This document shows, in pieces, positions 39,927 to 50,900 of a stretch of DNA of 64,000 nt. The number at the start of each line of letters is the position of its first letter. Position 1 is the first letter of the stretch. Under the pieces are notes generated by a model. It had not been told where the DNA came from and ran no database searches. It saw only the letters and a list, made by a program, of their open reading frames with translations. Source of the DNA: an uncultured Verrucomicrobiae bacterium (GTDB lineage: Bacteria > Verrucomicrobiota > Verrucomicrobiia > Limisphaerales > JAFGQR01); the NCBI GenBank assembly GCA_963788655.1, contig CAWBHS010000072.1, positions 320,001 through 384,000 on the forward strand. The letters are read 5' to 3'. Both the position numbers and the translations under genes were made by a program.

Positions 39927-42482
39927 TCAGAATTTCCAATCCGGAGCAAAATCCAGTGCCTGATGGAACCTGCCGCCCCATACGCTTTGCTTGCCAAGGT
40001 GCTGGACTAACGAGGGGACATGGTAGTAGATCGGTCGCGGTAAGCGTCCGGCGAGACGCGACAATTTGATGTCCTGCATTCCCTCCACCTCGTCCCAATG
40101 CCGCAAAACATACGCTGCCGTCCGTCGGGGTAGAATGAACGCCTGACTGCCGTAGATCGCATTGGAACTCACAACGGCCGCATGATTGGGCACATCGTAT
40201 GCCAACTCGCGGACTCCTGGATTGTACAGGCTGGCCAGGGCCAGGCTGCCTTGGCGCAACGGCATCCAGTGTTCCAGATTGTGGCGCAAATGCTGATTGA
40301 AGTCCAAGTCATCCTCCAAAAACAGCACATAATCTGCGTCGTAATCCAAGCTGTGCTGCAAGGCTAACAAGCTGGTCTGGGTCTGCCGCTCCTGACGGCG
40401 TTCAAAGCGGTTGGCGTCCAGTTCAAGGTGTAGCCCGGCGTCGCCCCAGTCAGAGGCGGCCAACCGCTGCAAGGTTTGCTCTCGCAAGGATTGTCTATCG
40501 GCGCAGGAAATCATGCAGGCAACCAAACGGGGCCCCCGGCGTTTTGGGTATGGTATGGGCTTTGTCGCTGAGAGGTTCGCAAACCGGCTCAGACCTCCGT
40601 CCCAGCGTTCCTTCAGCCGCTGAAGCGCGGCCCGGCACTCCGCTTCGCCCCGAAAGTCCGGCACCACCTGGTTGCGCCCCAGCAAATCCCATTTGTCAGT
40701 GTTCCGATGTTGGAAAATGCGCCGACCGGTAAAGTCATGTTGGCACATCGTGCCTTCCAGCGCGTGAATCGGATGGGGGACCAGGGAATAGGATTGCTGG
40801 AGTTTGCAGAACGCCAAATGAAACGTCTCCTTGTCGCCGTACAAATGCCGGTAGTAAAAGTCCGAGTGTTCATTAAACCACAGGCTCAGCCGCAACGCCC
40901 GCCCGCATCGGGCCTTGTCCACGGCGATTTGGCCTGATTCAAATTCTGGCTCGGGCGGCCGGGCAAGCCCGCAATTGTCCCAGATGATTTGGGACTTTTC
41001 CAATTGGCCGAAGTCCGGCCAGAAAATGGCGCCGGTTCGACGAAATTCAGGTGTATCAAACAAAAACTCGGGGTTGACAACCGGTACATTGTCCGCGTCC
41101 AGCAATAACACCTCACGAAACGGAGCGTGCAAAATCGCATAAGGTTTAAGCTGCCAGCCGCCCAAGACGCGCACCGGCGCGCGTCGGCGTACTTTCAGGG
41201 CATCGATGCATTCCACATCGAACGGCTGCAAGAGCGCTTTCATGGATGCATCCATTTCCGGCGCTCCTAAATACCATAATTGGATGGGCAGACGACAGTT
41301 CTGTTGCCGCAGCATGTTAATTCCCACCCAGGCGTTGACGAACAGCTTGGCACCGCCTGCGCAAATCACGATCCCACGGCCGTGATGTTTCACCCGAGGC
41401 ATGGTGAGGCTTTGTACCGCTTGCTCGAGCGCAGGCCGAGCGGAATGGAGGTTCAAGGGTTGCCGGTCGAAATCGTTCGTGGCAGTCGCCCGGACAGCTT
41501 TGCCGGCGGCGCGCCGCTCTGGACCGGTCAAGGATTGCCGCGATCCGGCCGCGAAATATAATTCGATGCGGCGGATGACTTCGGCTGGATTGATCAGGTC
41601 CATGCACCGCGGCAGCCCATTCACCGCCTGCAAACATTGGTGATCGGGATGATCTCGTTCGTCGCCATCTCCCAATGGCTGCACCCGATCGCGCCAACAG
41701 CCCCCGGTTGCGCAACAAGGCAAACTGCCAATGGTGTGTATAAACTGATGTCCGGGGTAGGCTTCCCAGTGAGGGGGTTCTCGGCCGCCAGCGATGACGA
41801 CACATGGCCGCAATGGGGCTGTGCCTTCTTTGGTTTCCACCGCTGCTGCCAAGTGCATGAGTGCGGTCACCGGACAGAGCACTCCTTGGGCGTGGTAAAC
41901 AAGTCGCACCAGTTCCCGCAAGGTCGTCTGGCCGCGTAAATCGATTGCGCCATTCAACTTGGGGTGGTGATGGCCGTTCTGACCCACTTGCACGAACTGA
42001 ATCTTACCACGCAAACCATCCACCACCGCTTGAAACCGTTCGGTAGCCCACCATTTGATGGTGATATCGTATTTCCCTCCCGCGGCGACGATCCAAAACG
42101 GAATGTCACGCTGGGTCAGTTCATACACTTGGGAATACCAGGACTTCTCCAACTCGGACAAGTGGATATCCCCACGGTAATCCGTCGGCTTGATCGAGAT
42201 TTGCAACCGCTCGCTGAGTAACTCGGTCAGTGCGTGCAGGCAATGGTACGGAATCCAATCACAGCGGTTAATCAGCGGATAGCTGCACTCGACAACTGCA
42301 ACGTCGGGATCATTCTCCTCCAACGGTGTTATGTGGGGATTGTTCTCCCACAATTCCGGGCAGGCGGTGCGGACATCCGTCAGGAATTGACCGGGATACC
42401 AGCGGTGCAAATCCCGCACCGCTGCCGTCATCATCACGATGTCGCCCGGCGAAAATCCGTTATGTAAGATGATTTTGCGCAT
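39927..42482 (-). CDS. Three-domain glycosyltransferase: GT9-like, GT71/MNN-like mannosyltransferase, third GT-A domain
   Basis: SPGDIVMMT, DLRGQTTLREL, MHLAAA (GT9-like); RGIVICAGG, KPYAIL, LLLDADN, GAIFWPDF, ESGQIAVDK, YGDKETF (MNN-like); LFLEDDLDF...PSLVQHLG. Confidence 0.8.
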   Translation of the reverse strand: MRKIILHNGFSPGDIVMMTAAVRDLHRWYPGQFLTDVRTACPELWENNPHITPLEENDPDVAVVECSYPLINRCDWIPYHCLHALTELLSERLQISIKPTDYRGDIHLSELEKSWYSQVYELTQRDIPFWIVAAGGKYDITIKWWATERFQAVVDGLRGKIQFVQVGQNGHHHPKLNGAIDLRGQTTLRELVRLVYHAQGVLCPVTALMHLAAAVETKEGTAPLRPCVVIAGGREPPHWEAYPGHQFIHTIGSLPCCATGGCWRDRVQPLGDGDERDHPDHQCLQAVNGLPRCMDLINPAEVIRRIELYFAAGSRQSLTGPERRAAGKAVRATATNDFDRQPLNLHSARPALEQAVQSLTMPRVKHHGRGIVICAGGAKLFVNAWVGINMLRQQNCRLPIQLWYLGAPEMDASMKALLQPFDVECIDALKVRRRAPVRVLGGWQLKPYAILHAPFREVLLLDADNVPVVNPEFLFDTPEFRRTGAIFWPDFGQLEKSQIIWDNCGLARPPEPEFESGQIAVDKARCGRALRLSLWFNEHSDFYYRHLYGDKETFHLAFCKLQQSYSLVPHPIHALEGTMCQHDFTGRRIFQHRNTDKWDLLGRNQVVPDFRGEAECRAALQRLKERWDGGLSRFANLSATKPIPYPKRRGPRLVACMISCADRQSLREQTLQRLAASDWGDAGLHLELDANRFERRQERQTQTSLLALQHSLDYDADYVLFLEDDLDFNQHLRHNLEHWMPLRQGSLALASLYNPGVRELAYDVPNHAAVVSSNAIYGSQAFILPRRTAAYVLRHWDEVEGMQDIKLSRLAGRLPRPIYYHVPSLVQHLGKQSVWGGRFHQALDFAPDWKF

Positions 42483-42652
42483 CAAGCTTCAGAGCGCAAG
42501 CGAGTTAGATACTCGAATTGCCGCGCTGAAGCCCAGCAGCGCAGAGGGCGCCGCTTAGCTCATCGGGGATTCAGCCGAGGCATGAACAAACCGCCTCCCC
42601 CTAGTCAAATCAGTTTCAATGGTTCGTTCAATAAATGAGAACCGGCAGTGGC

Positions 42653-42865
42653 TCAGGCAGGGCGGCTTGGCTCGTCATTGCGCGTCATCCAGAATTCTTG
42701 CTTTGAACGGCTTGAGGGCTGCGGTGATATTGGATCTGGCACTTCACTCGGACTGGGGCTCGGACTTGGGTTGCCTTCCATCACGGTCGGGCGGGGCCGG
42801 ATCGGTTTAGGACTGTACTGGGGTTTAAGTTTGGCGGGTTGTTTAAGGTCTAGCGTCGTATTCAT
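42653..42865 (-). CDS. Small Pro/Ser-rich hypothetical protein
   Basis: 70-aa ORF, A/C-rich leader, PSPSPSPS tract; co-oriented with its neighbours. Confidence 0.45.
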   Translation of the reverse strand: MNTTLDLKQPAKLKPQYSPKPIRPRPTVMEGNPSPSPSPSEVPDPISPQPSSRSKQEFWMTRNDEPSRPA

Positions 42866-42899
42866 TGTGTTGGTTCTGTTTACCGTTGGTTCGCTTGGT

Positions 42900-43076
42900 T
42901 TAGGTGGGTATGTCGTGTTGCGGAGGTGCCATCAGTCCCCGCAGAGAGTTTGACAGCAAATGCGGCGTCCTTGGGCGCGACTGGTTTAGGCGTGTCGAGA
43001 TCCTACTCAGAAGTTCCCGTTTGATCGAATACAGCTTCCGATCCAGTGGTTCATGATCTTGCAGTTTGAATTTCAT
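42900..43076 (-). CDS. Small hypothetical protein (58 aa, below the ORF-track cutoff)
   Basis: Manual translation MKFKLQDHEPLDRKLYSIKRELL...HDIPT; AAGGA just upstream of the ATG. Confidence 0.35.
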   Translation of the reverse strand: MKFKLQDHEPLDRKLYSIKRELLSRISTRLNQSRPRTPHLLSNSLRGLMAPPQHDIPT

Positions 43077-43132
43077 GTATGTTCCTTGCTTCGTTAACCA
43101 TTTGAATTTGCGCCTGCGACATCGCCAGCCAT

Positions 43133-43804
43133 CTAACCAATTGACGGCTGATCCTTTGCCGTCTGATGGGCCAGGGAGGCTTCATACCGTTGCAACTGTT
43201 TGATCTCGTCTCGAATCAGTCTTGCGACTCGATGTTTGGCCAAATAAACTTGGGCGGAGCCAATCTTAAAACGGGTGGTGATTACTTTGACGGGCCACTG
43301 TTTAAACACGTAGAGATCAAATATCTGGAATTGTTTCGGCTTGACCTTGTTTTTGACCCGCGCAATCGCCACATCCATCAGATTCTTCTCCCATTCGGCA
43401 TCCCAAATATCCCCTGGCGCGACAGAATTGGGATCCGGCAGGCGCTCAATGGCATCGGTTCGCTTCGTGTCATCCGCGGCGGGAACCTGACGACAGTCGT
43501 TGCGAGGCATACGCTTCCGCAGTTGATCCGTGATCCGACACCTCGTAATTCGCAAAAGCCAGGCTTTGAATGAGCCGATGCTGGGATTGTAACGGAAGGT
43601 GGGAAGATGCTTTGAAACCGAAATGATGGTTTCCTGCACGACATCCTGAGCTTCAGCGTCGCTTAAGCCGGCCCTGCAGGCGGTGGTGTAAATCAACTTC
43701 CAATACAGTTCAAAGAACTCACGCCAACTGTCCTGGTCCTGCCACTGTCGCAGTCGGACCAGCAACGTGTCTCGAGTTGGCAAGAATTGATCTGGTTTGC
43801 CCAC
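43133..43804 (-). CDS. ECF sigma-70 factor of the kinase-associated PVC type
   Basis: TRDTLLVRL..WQDQDSWREF, AQDVVQE, GSFKAWL..ITR..I.D..R, VYLAKHRV. Confidence 0.9.
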   Translation of the reverse strand: MGKPDQFLPTRDTLLVRLRQWQDQDSWREFFELYWKLIYTTACRAGLSDAEAQDVVQETIISVSKHLPTFRYNPSIGSFKAWLLRITRCRITDQLRKRMPRNDCRQVPAADDTKRTDAIERLPDPNSVAPGDIWDAEWEKNLMDVAIARVKNKVKPKQFQIFDLYVFKQWPVKVITTRFKIGSAQVYLAKHRVARLIRDEIKQLQRYEASLAHQTAKDQPSIG

Positions 43805-44120
43805 GCCCTATTAATACGGCGATGGCGACCGTTTCTTTCAAGATATTTTCCGGAGTTTTCAAAAGGCATTGACGGTGGGCTTCATGAATTGGTTGACGCA
43901 GCTAGTTGAAAGGGTCCTGACCCCGAGGGACACCGCGCCTGCCGCCGCCATTGAGACAAGGGCTGATGAGCTTCGGCCCATTGCTTATATCCAGGAATCC
44001 CAGGATGCGCGTGAACACAGAAAAATGTGCAGATTCCAGACCGGTATCCCGGCGAGGTAAATGTCCTGGCGAATTTGCGAGTTGATATGAGCGCCATTTT
44101 GTGTCTTAATCTTCAGATTC

Positions 44121-44732
44121 ATGCACCACTGTCGTATGTTTGAAGTATTGTGGTGTGCCGTGTTGTCGCTTGCTCTTTCTCCGGCGCGCGCCGCGGTCAC
44201 CCAAAACATCCTGATCAATGAAATCGCCGCGCCTACGGACTGCCAGGATCTGCTGCGTCCCAAGAACAATTCCAATGGCTTCAATCACTTTGGATCGGAA
44301 ACAAGCGCTATGGCGATGCTGACGGTGCTGAAACCGGATCCTGCCGGTGACGGCTTACCGTTCTTATGGGAAACGGCCATTGGCCCGAGTGACGACGATC
44401 TTGATGACGCCGCTTTGGATCCAGAGCCAGACAGCATGACGAATCGAGAAGAATTCCGGGCCGGCACTGATCCTCGGAATGATCGGAGTTCCTGGCAAGT
44501 CAGCCGCATTGTCCTGGCCCCAGGCGCTTGGGCAGTTCGCATGGATTTCTATGCCGTGGGCAACCCCGGTTTCTGCGTACTTTGCCGTGATACTGTGTCA
44601 CTGGGGACCTGCATTTCCAGCGCTGAAGTTCCATCGCTGCTTAATGATCGGATATTCGGAGTGGCCAACGCCAAGCCTGGCGACGCTCATTTTCGGGATT
44701 ACCGGCTGACTATCCTTGGGATTTCCCCCTAA
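44121..44732 (+). pseudogene. Degenerate, internally deleted relative of lamin-tail/CotH surface proteins
   Basis: Signal-like N-terminus and ILINEI joined almost directly to a decayed GDGLP..WE...TN.EEF.AGTDP module and C-terminal domain resembling 59040-59409. Confidence 0.5.
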
Positions 44733-44966
44733 CCAAACACCCGCTTGGGAGAAATTTGCCGTTGTGACGTTTCATAAAGAAGTATTAATCAAAGAGCCAG
44801 CCGAAGCCCACGGCGGTTGCGGGAACCCCGTTATCGTTAATTTCAGGTGGGATTTTTGCTGGAGTTTTTTCAGAACTTTTTCGTCTATCATTCATCTAAA
44901 AAACATGTTAGAAGACTCGCTATCACCTGCGGTTGTAGTGTTTGCAGGAAAGGTCCCCGAATGAGT

Positions 44967-47900
44967 ATGCAAAATCTTGTCAAGACGTGCCTCACCCTGG
45001 CTTCATTGTGCTTTGCGGCAGCTCCACTCGCGGCTGCTCCGGTCAATGATGCTTTTACCAACCGGATTGCGCTCCGCGGACTGGTGGTGACCACAGTGGG
45101 CTCCAACACCGACGCCACGCGGGAATTGGGCGAACCTGACCATGTGTTGGGTACCGGAGACCGCTCGGTTTGGTGGAGTTGGACCGCTCCATTCACCGCG
45201 GACGGCTTGGTCAGCATCACCACTTCGAACAGCAGTTTCGACACATTGCTCGCCGTGTACACTGGCACGGCGCTTTCGAACTTGACGCTCGTATCCAACA
45301 ACGACGACGCCACGGGAATTTGGCCACAAAGCGGTGTCGAATTCACCGCGGTGGCAGGCACGGTGTATCAAATCGCCGTTGATGGATTTGGCCGGCCCAA
45401 TTCCGCCTCGGGCAACATCCAACTCAACATTGCGGGTTCCACTACGGCCACCCCTATCATTCCGCCCATCGTGCAAGTGGTCCAACCGGCCAACCACGCG
45501 ATTCTGCCGTTGGGAAACATTTCCCTGGTGGCCGACGCCTACGATAACGACGGCGCCATAACCAATGTGGCGTTCTACCAGGGCACAACCGAAGTCGGCC
45601 ATGACACGTTGCATCCCTACAGCGTTACTTTGAACGACGCCACGGTGGGCGATTACCAATTCCGAGCGGTCGCCTGGGACAGCAGCGGCATGGTCACCAC
45701 TTCCGCGGTGGTCCAAGTGTCGGTGGTTGTCAATCCGCCGCCGTTGGTGAGCCTGACTTCGCCGACTAACACTCAAGCCTTCCAAGTCCCTCTCAATCTT
45801 GCCCTGACCGCTTCGGCCACGGACAGCGATGGCATTGCTGGGGTTTGGTTTTTCTCCGGCACCAACCAACTGGGGTTCGATACGAATAGCCCTTACACCA
45901 TGGTTTGGAGCAACGTGCTGGCGGGGAACTACGCGTTGCGGGCGCTGGCCATGGATTCGCTTGGGGCGATCGGCACTTCCGCCGTGGTCAACATCACGGC
46001 GACCGGTAACTATCCGCCCACGGTGCAGATGACGAACCCACCCAACCAGTCTGCCTACTCCGTGCCGGCCAGTCTGGTGCTCGGCGCCCAGGCCTCCGAC
46101 TTGGATGGCACCATTGACAAGGTCGAGTTTTATGAAGGCGACTCCCGGTTGGCGGAATTGTTGAGTGCGCCGTTCACGTTTGCCTGGAACAACGTCACCA
46201 CGGGCGAATACGTCTTGACCGCGGTGGCGACGGATAATGGGGGCCTGACGGCCACGTCGCCGCCGATCAGCATTACCGTCACTCAGCAGGTATTTACGAT
46301 GACCAACACTTTGGTGGCGGCCGGTTCGGATTGGAAGTACCTGGATGACGGTTCCAACCAGGGCACGGCTTGGGCGGTCGCGAGTTTTGATGACAGCGGC
46401 TGGCTCAGCGGTCTCGCGCAATTGGGATACAGCAATGGCGAAGAGAACGACGAAGCGACGTTGCTCAACTACGGACCAGATCCGAACAATAAGTACATCA
46501 CCTACTATTTCCGCCATGCGTTCTCGGTGACCAACGCCAGCAGCTACACCAATCTCTCACTCCAGTTGCTGGTCGATGACGGCGGCGTGGTCTATCTGAA
46601 CGGGCAGGAAGTCCTGCGTTATAATCTGCCCGACAGCACCATTGGGTATCAAACGTTGGCCCTGCAGGTCGAGTTCGGACGGCGACGTTGTCTCCGGCGA
46701 GCTGGATCCGTTGCTGCTGGTTGAAGGCACAAACGTCTTGGCCGTGGAGATTCATCAAAACGCCGGGACCAGTTCGGATTTGAGCTTTGACTTGCTGATG
46801 GATGGCATCAGCAGCCGGAGCTTCAGCAATGGTTTGCCGGTCGTCAGCATCACCAGTCCATTGGATGGCGCCAGTTACAACGTCCCGGTGAACCTTCCGA
46901 TCACCGTGTCGGCCGAAGACGACTTCGGTATCAGCAAGGTGGCCTTTTACAATGGCGCGGCGTTGCTTGGCGAGGACAGTTCCTTCCCTTACAGCTTGAC
47001 GTTAAACAATGCCATCGCTGGCGATTACGCGCTGCGCGCCGTGGCCACGGATTTGTTTGGGCTGGCGGCGACTTCGACTGTTGTGAACGTCTCGGTGACC
47101 GGCAATTATGCGCCGTTCGTGGCCATTACCAATCCGGTGGACCAGGTGCATATAGTCGCGCCGGCGAACTTGATCGTGGCAGCGGACGCGTTCGACTTGG
47201 ACGGCACCGTGACGCGCGTCCAATTCTATGCGGGCACAACTTGGTTGGGCGAAACCAATGCCGCGCCCTTCCACATCGCGTGGAATAACGTCGGAGTAGG
47301 GGACTACGACCTGACCGCGGTGGCTACCGACAACTCGGGCAACTCCCGGACTTCCGCCGTGGTCCACGTCGCCGTGATGTTGAATGTACCGCCGACCGTC
47401 ACGATTGATAATCCGACGCCCAACGCGTCGTTCATCAACACCGAGGTCATTCCCATTTATGTGACCGCCACGGATCCGGACAACGGGGTTACGGAAGTGG
47501 ACTTTTACCAGGGAACCACGCTTTTGGCTCAGGACATGGGCAGCCCGTATGAATTCACTTGGAGCATTATGACCACCGGCACCTATCACTTGACGGCGGT
47601 GGCCATCGATGCCGGGGGCTTGAGTTCAACCTCGGCTCCGGTACGCATCACGGTGGTCGATCCCGCCCACGCTTATGGTGGCTTGGGATTTGATGGGATC
47701 AACGATTACGTAACATTTGGCCAGGCACCGCAATTGGGTTTGGCGACGTTCACGCTGGAAACTTGGTTCAAATGGCGCGGGACCGGCGTGGCCATCAGCA
47801 CCGGCGGCGGTGGCGTGCGGGCCATTCCGCTGATCGCCAAAGGTCGCGGTGAAGCGGATGGGAACAATCTCGACATGAATTACTTCCTGGGCATCGATCC

Positions 47901-50900
47901 CGATGCCGGCGTGCTGGCCGCCGACTTCGAGGGTGACGCCGGACCATGGGCCGGGGCGGCGCACCCGGTGACCGGTGTGATGCCCATTACGCCTGATGTC
48001 TGGCACCATGCCGCGGCAACCTATGACGGCAACGAATGGCGGCTGTATCTCGACGGGCAACTGGATACCGAATTGGCTTATGGGCATCGTCCGCGCGCCG
48101 ACAGCATTCAACACGCGTCGCTGGGTAGCGCCTTGGATTCCACCGGCGCGCCCTCCGGCTATTTCGGTGGCGTGCTAGACGAAGCGCGGATTTGGAACTA
48201 CGCCCGGAGCGCCTCGCAGATTGCCAGCAATCGGGTGATTCAGATCGAATCCGAAACCGGACTGGTCGGCCGCTGGTCGCTCGATGAAACCAACGGCTTG
48301 ACCGCCTTCGACAGTTCCGGTAGCGGCGTGAACGGCACGTTGATGAACGGTCCGTTTTGGACGCTGGGCTATTCCTTTACTGTCCCGCCCACGGTGGAAA
48401 TCACCAGCCCGGCCAGTCAGGCGGTATTTTACACGCCGGTGACCATTAACATCGACGCCACTGCCGCCGACGAGGACGGCACCATCAGCAAGGTGGAATT
48501 CTACGCGGGCACCAACAAGTTGGGCGAAGTCACCGGCAGTTCCTACAGCTTTGCCTGGGTGACGCCGCCGCCGGGATACGTCGATTTGACGGCGGTGGCG
48601 ATTGACAACACCAGTCTCGCGACGACCTCGGCGCCGGTGAACATCCTGATCGAGAACTCCATCGTCCAGTTGACCAGTCCGACCAATACCGCCCGGTTCG
48701 TGGCGCCGGACCCGGTGCCCCTGGCCGCGTCGGTCTCGGATACCAACGGGACGATTGACCGGGTGGACTTCTATGACGGGGACACACTGTTGGGCGGCAC
48801 CACCGACCGGCCTTTTACGTTCGAATGGAACGGGGCCGATTTGGGCGAACACCGGCTAATGGCCGTCGCCAATAATGACGGGGGCATTCAGGAAACCTCC
48901 GCCATCATCACCGTGGTGGTGGTCAGCAACATTCCGCCCTCGGTGGCCATCCTTTATCCGGCGGACAATGCGTTCTTCTACTATCCGACGAGTGTGACGT
49001 GGACCGCTACGGCCAACGACAGTGACGGCAGCGTGACCAACGTCGAGTTCTATGCCAACGGCGTGAAATTTGCCGAGGAGAACACGGTTCCGTATCGGCC
49101 GGTATGGTCCAATCCGGACCTGGGCAATTACGAGTTGACCGCCGTGGCCACCGACAATCGCGGTCTGACCGCCACGTCGGCCGTGGTACATGTGTCCGTC
49201 GAAACCAATGCCGCGCCGCTGGTGGCCATCACACAACCGGCGGATCATCGCGGCTACATTGCGCCGGCCAACGTAAGTATCGAAGTGAGCGCCACGGATC
49301 GTGACGGTATTGCGCGGGTCGAATTCTTTTCCGGTGCCGGCAAGTTGGGCGAAGTGACCAACAGTCCGTTCAACTTCACTTGGAGTGGCGTGCCGATTGG
49401 GGAATATCAAATTCACGCAGTGGCCACCGATCCATTCGGCCTTTCCGGAACGTCCCCAACGATCAGCATTTCGGTCACCAACAACGATCCGCCGGTGGTG
49501 GCCTTGACGAGTCCCACCAACAATGCCGTTTACAGCGACTACGACACTGTTCCATTGGCGGCGACAGCCAGTGACTCGGACGGTATTGCGCGCGTGGAGT
49601 TTTACGACGGCAGCATCCGGTTGGGCCAGGATACGACGAGTCCCTTCGACTTTTCCTGGAACCAACCGGCCAGCGGGGGGCATTTGTTGACCGCGGTGGC
49701 CACGGACGGCGTCGGCCTCCAATCCACTTCCGCGCCGGTCAGTATTTCGGTGATCGGCTCGGTGACGACGACGAATTTCCTGGTCTCCATGGGCGAGCGT
49801 TGGAGCTTATCTCGACAACGGCTCCAATCAAGGCACCGCCTGGCAGAACCCGGGGTTTGACGACACCACCTGGAATTCTGGCTTGGCGGAATTGGGTTAC
49901 GGCGAAAACGACCAGGCCACCGTGGTGGGCTACGGTCCCGATCCGAACAACAAGTATCCAACGACGTACTTCCGGCATACCTTCGTATTAACCAATGCCG
50001 CGGCCTACAATTCGCTGGCTTTTCAGTTGAAGTTCGACGATGGCGGTGTGGCGTACCTGAATGGCACTGAGATTCTGCGGGTTAACATGCCGGGCAGGCA
50101 CGATCAACTACAATACCTACGCTTCCGGAAACGGCGAGAATTCAATGGTGACTGATTCCGCCAACGCGGGGCTGTTGGTCAACGGCACCAACATCCTGGC
50201 TGTCGAGATTCATCAGGACGCCGGGCGACAGCTCGGACATCAGCTTCGATTTCGAACTCACCGGCGTGTTCAACAATGCCTTGCCGACCGCCTTCTTCAG
50301 CACCCCGGCCAACGGAGCAGTCTTCACGGCGCCGGTGGACATTCCCGTTGGCAGTGGACGCCTTTGACACCGACGGCAGCGTGGCCAAGGTCGAGTTCTA
50401 TGTCGATGGCGAGAAACTGGGCGAAGACACTTCGGCGCCATTCGAGTGGCTCTGGAACAACGTTTACTACGGCGGCGACTTCACCTTGACCGCCGTGGCC
50501 ACCGACAACGCCGGCGGCCAAACCAGTTCGCCCGATGTCCATATTTCGGTGCTGGGCAATCACCGGCCGATCGTCAGCATCACGTCACCGGCAGATGGTT
50601 CGGCGATTGTGGTGCCGTCCACCATCACTATTACGGCTGACGCCATCGATCCGGACGGCAGCGTGACCAACCTGGCGTTCTACGCGAACGGCAGCCTGCT
50701 TACGAATGAAGTCGCCGGTCCTTACGCGTTCGACTGGACGAACGCGCCGTTGGGCGATTACGTGTTGGAGGCAGTCGCCACGGACAACGAGGGCTTGTCG
50801 ATGACTTCCGCGCCGGTGGTCGTGGCGCTGGTCAACACGCCTCCGCCGCAGGAACTGATCGTCTGGGGCGACGAATGGCGTTATCTCGACGATGGCTCCA

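Noticed and set aside
43805..43845. Leaderless or autoregulated promoter for the ECF gene (TTGAAA...CGTATTAAT on the minus strand)
   Set aside because: Plausible, but the spacing is ambiguous and no second copy was found to support it
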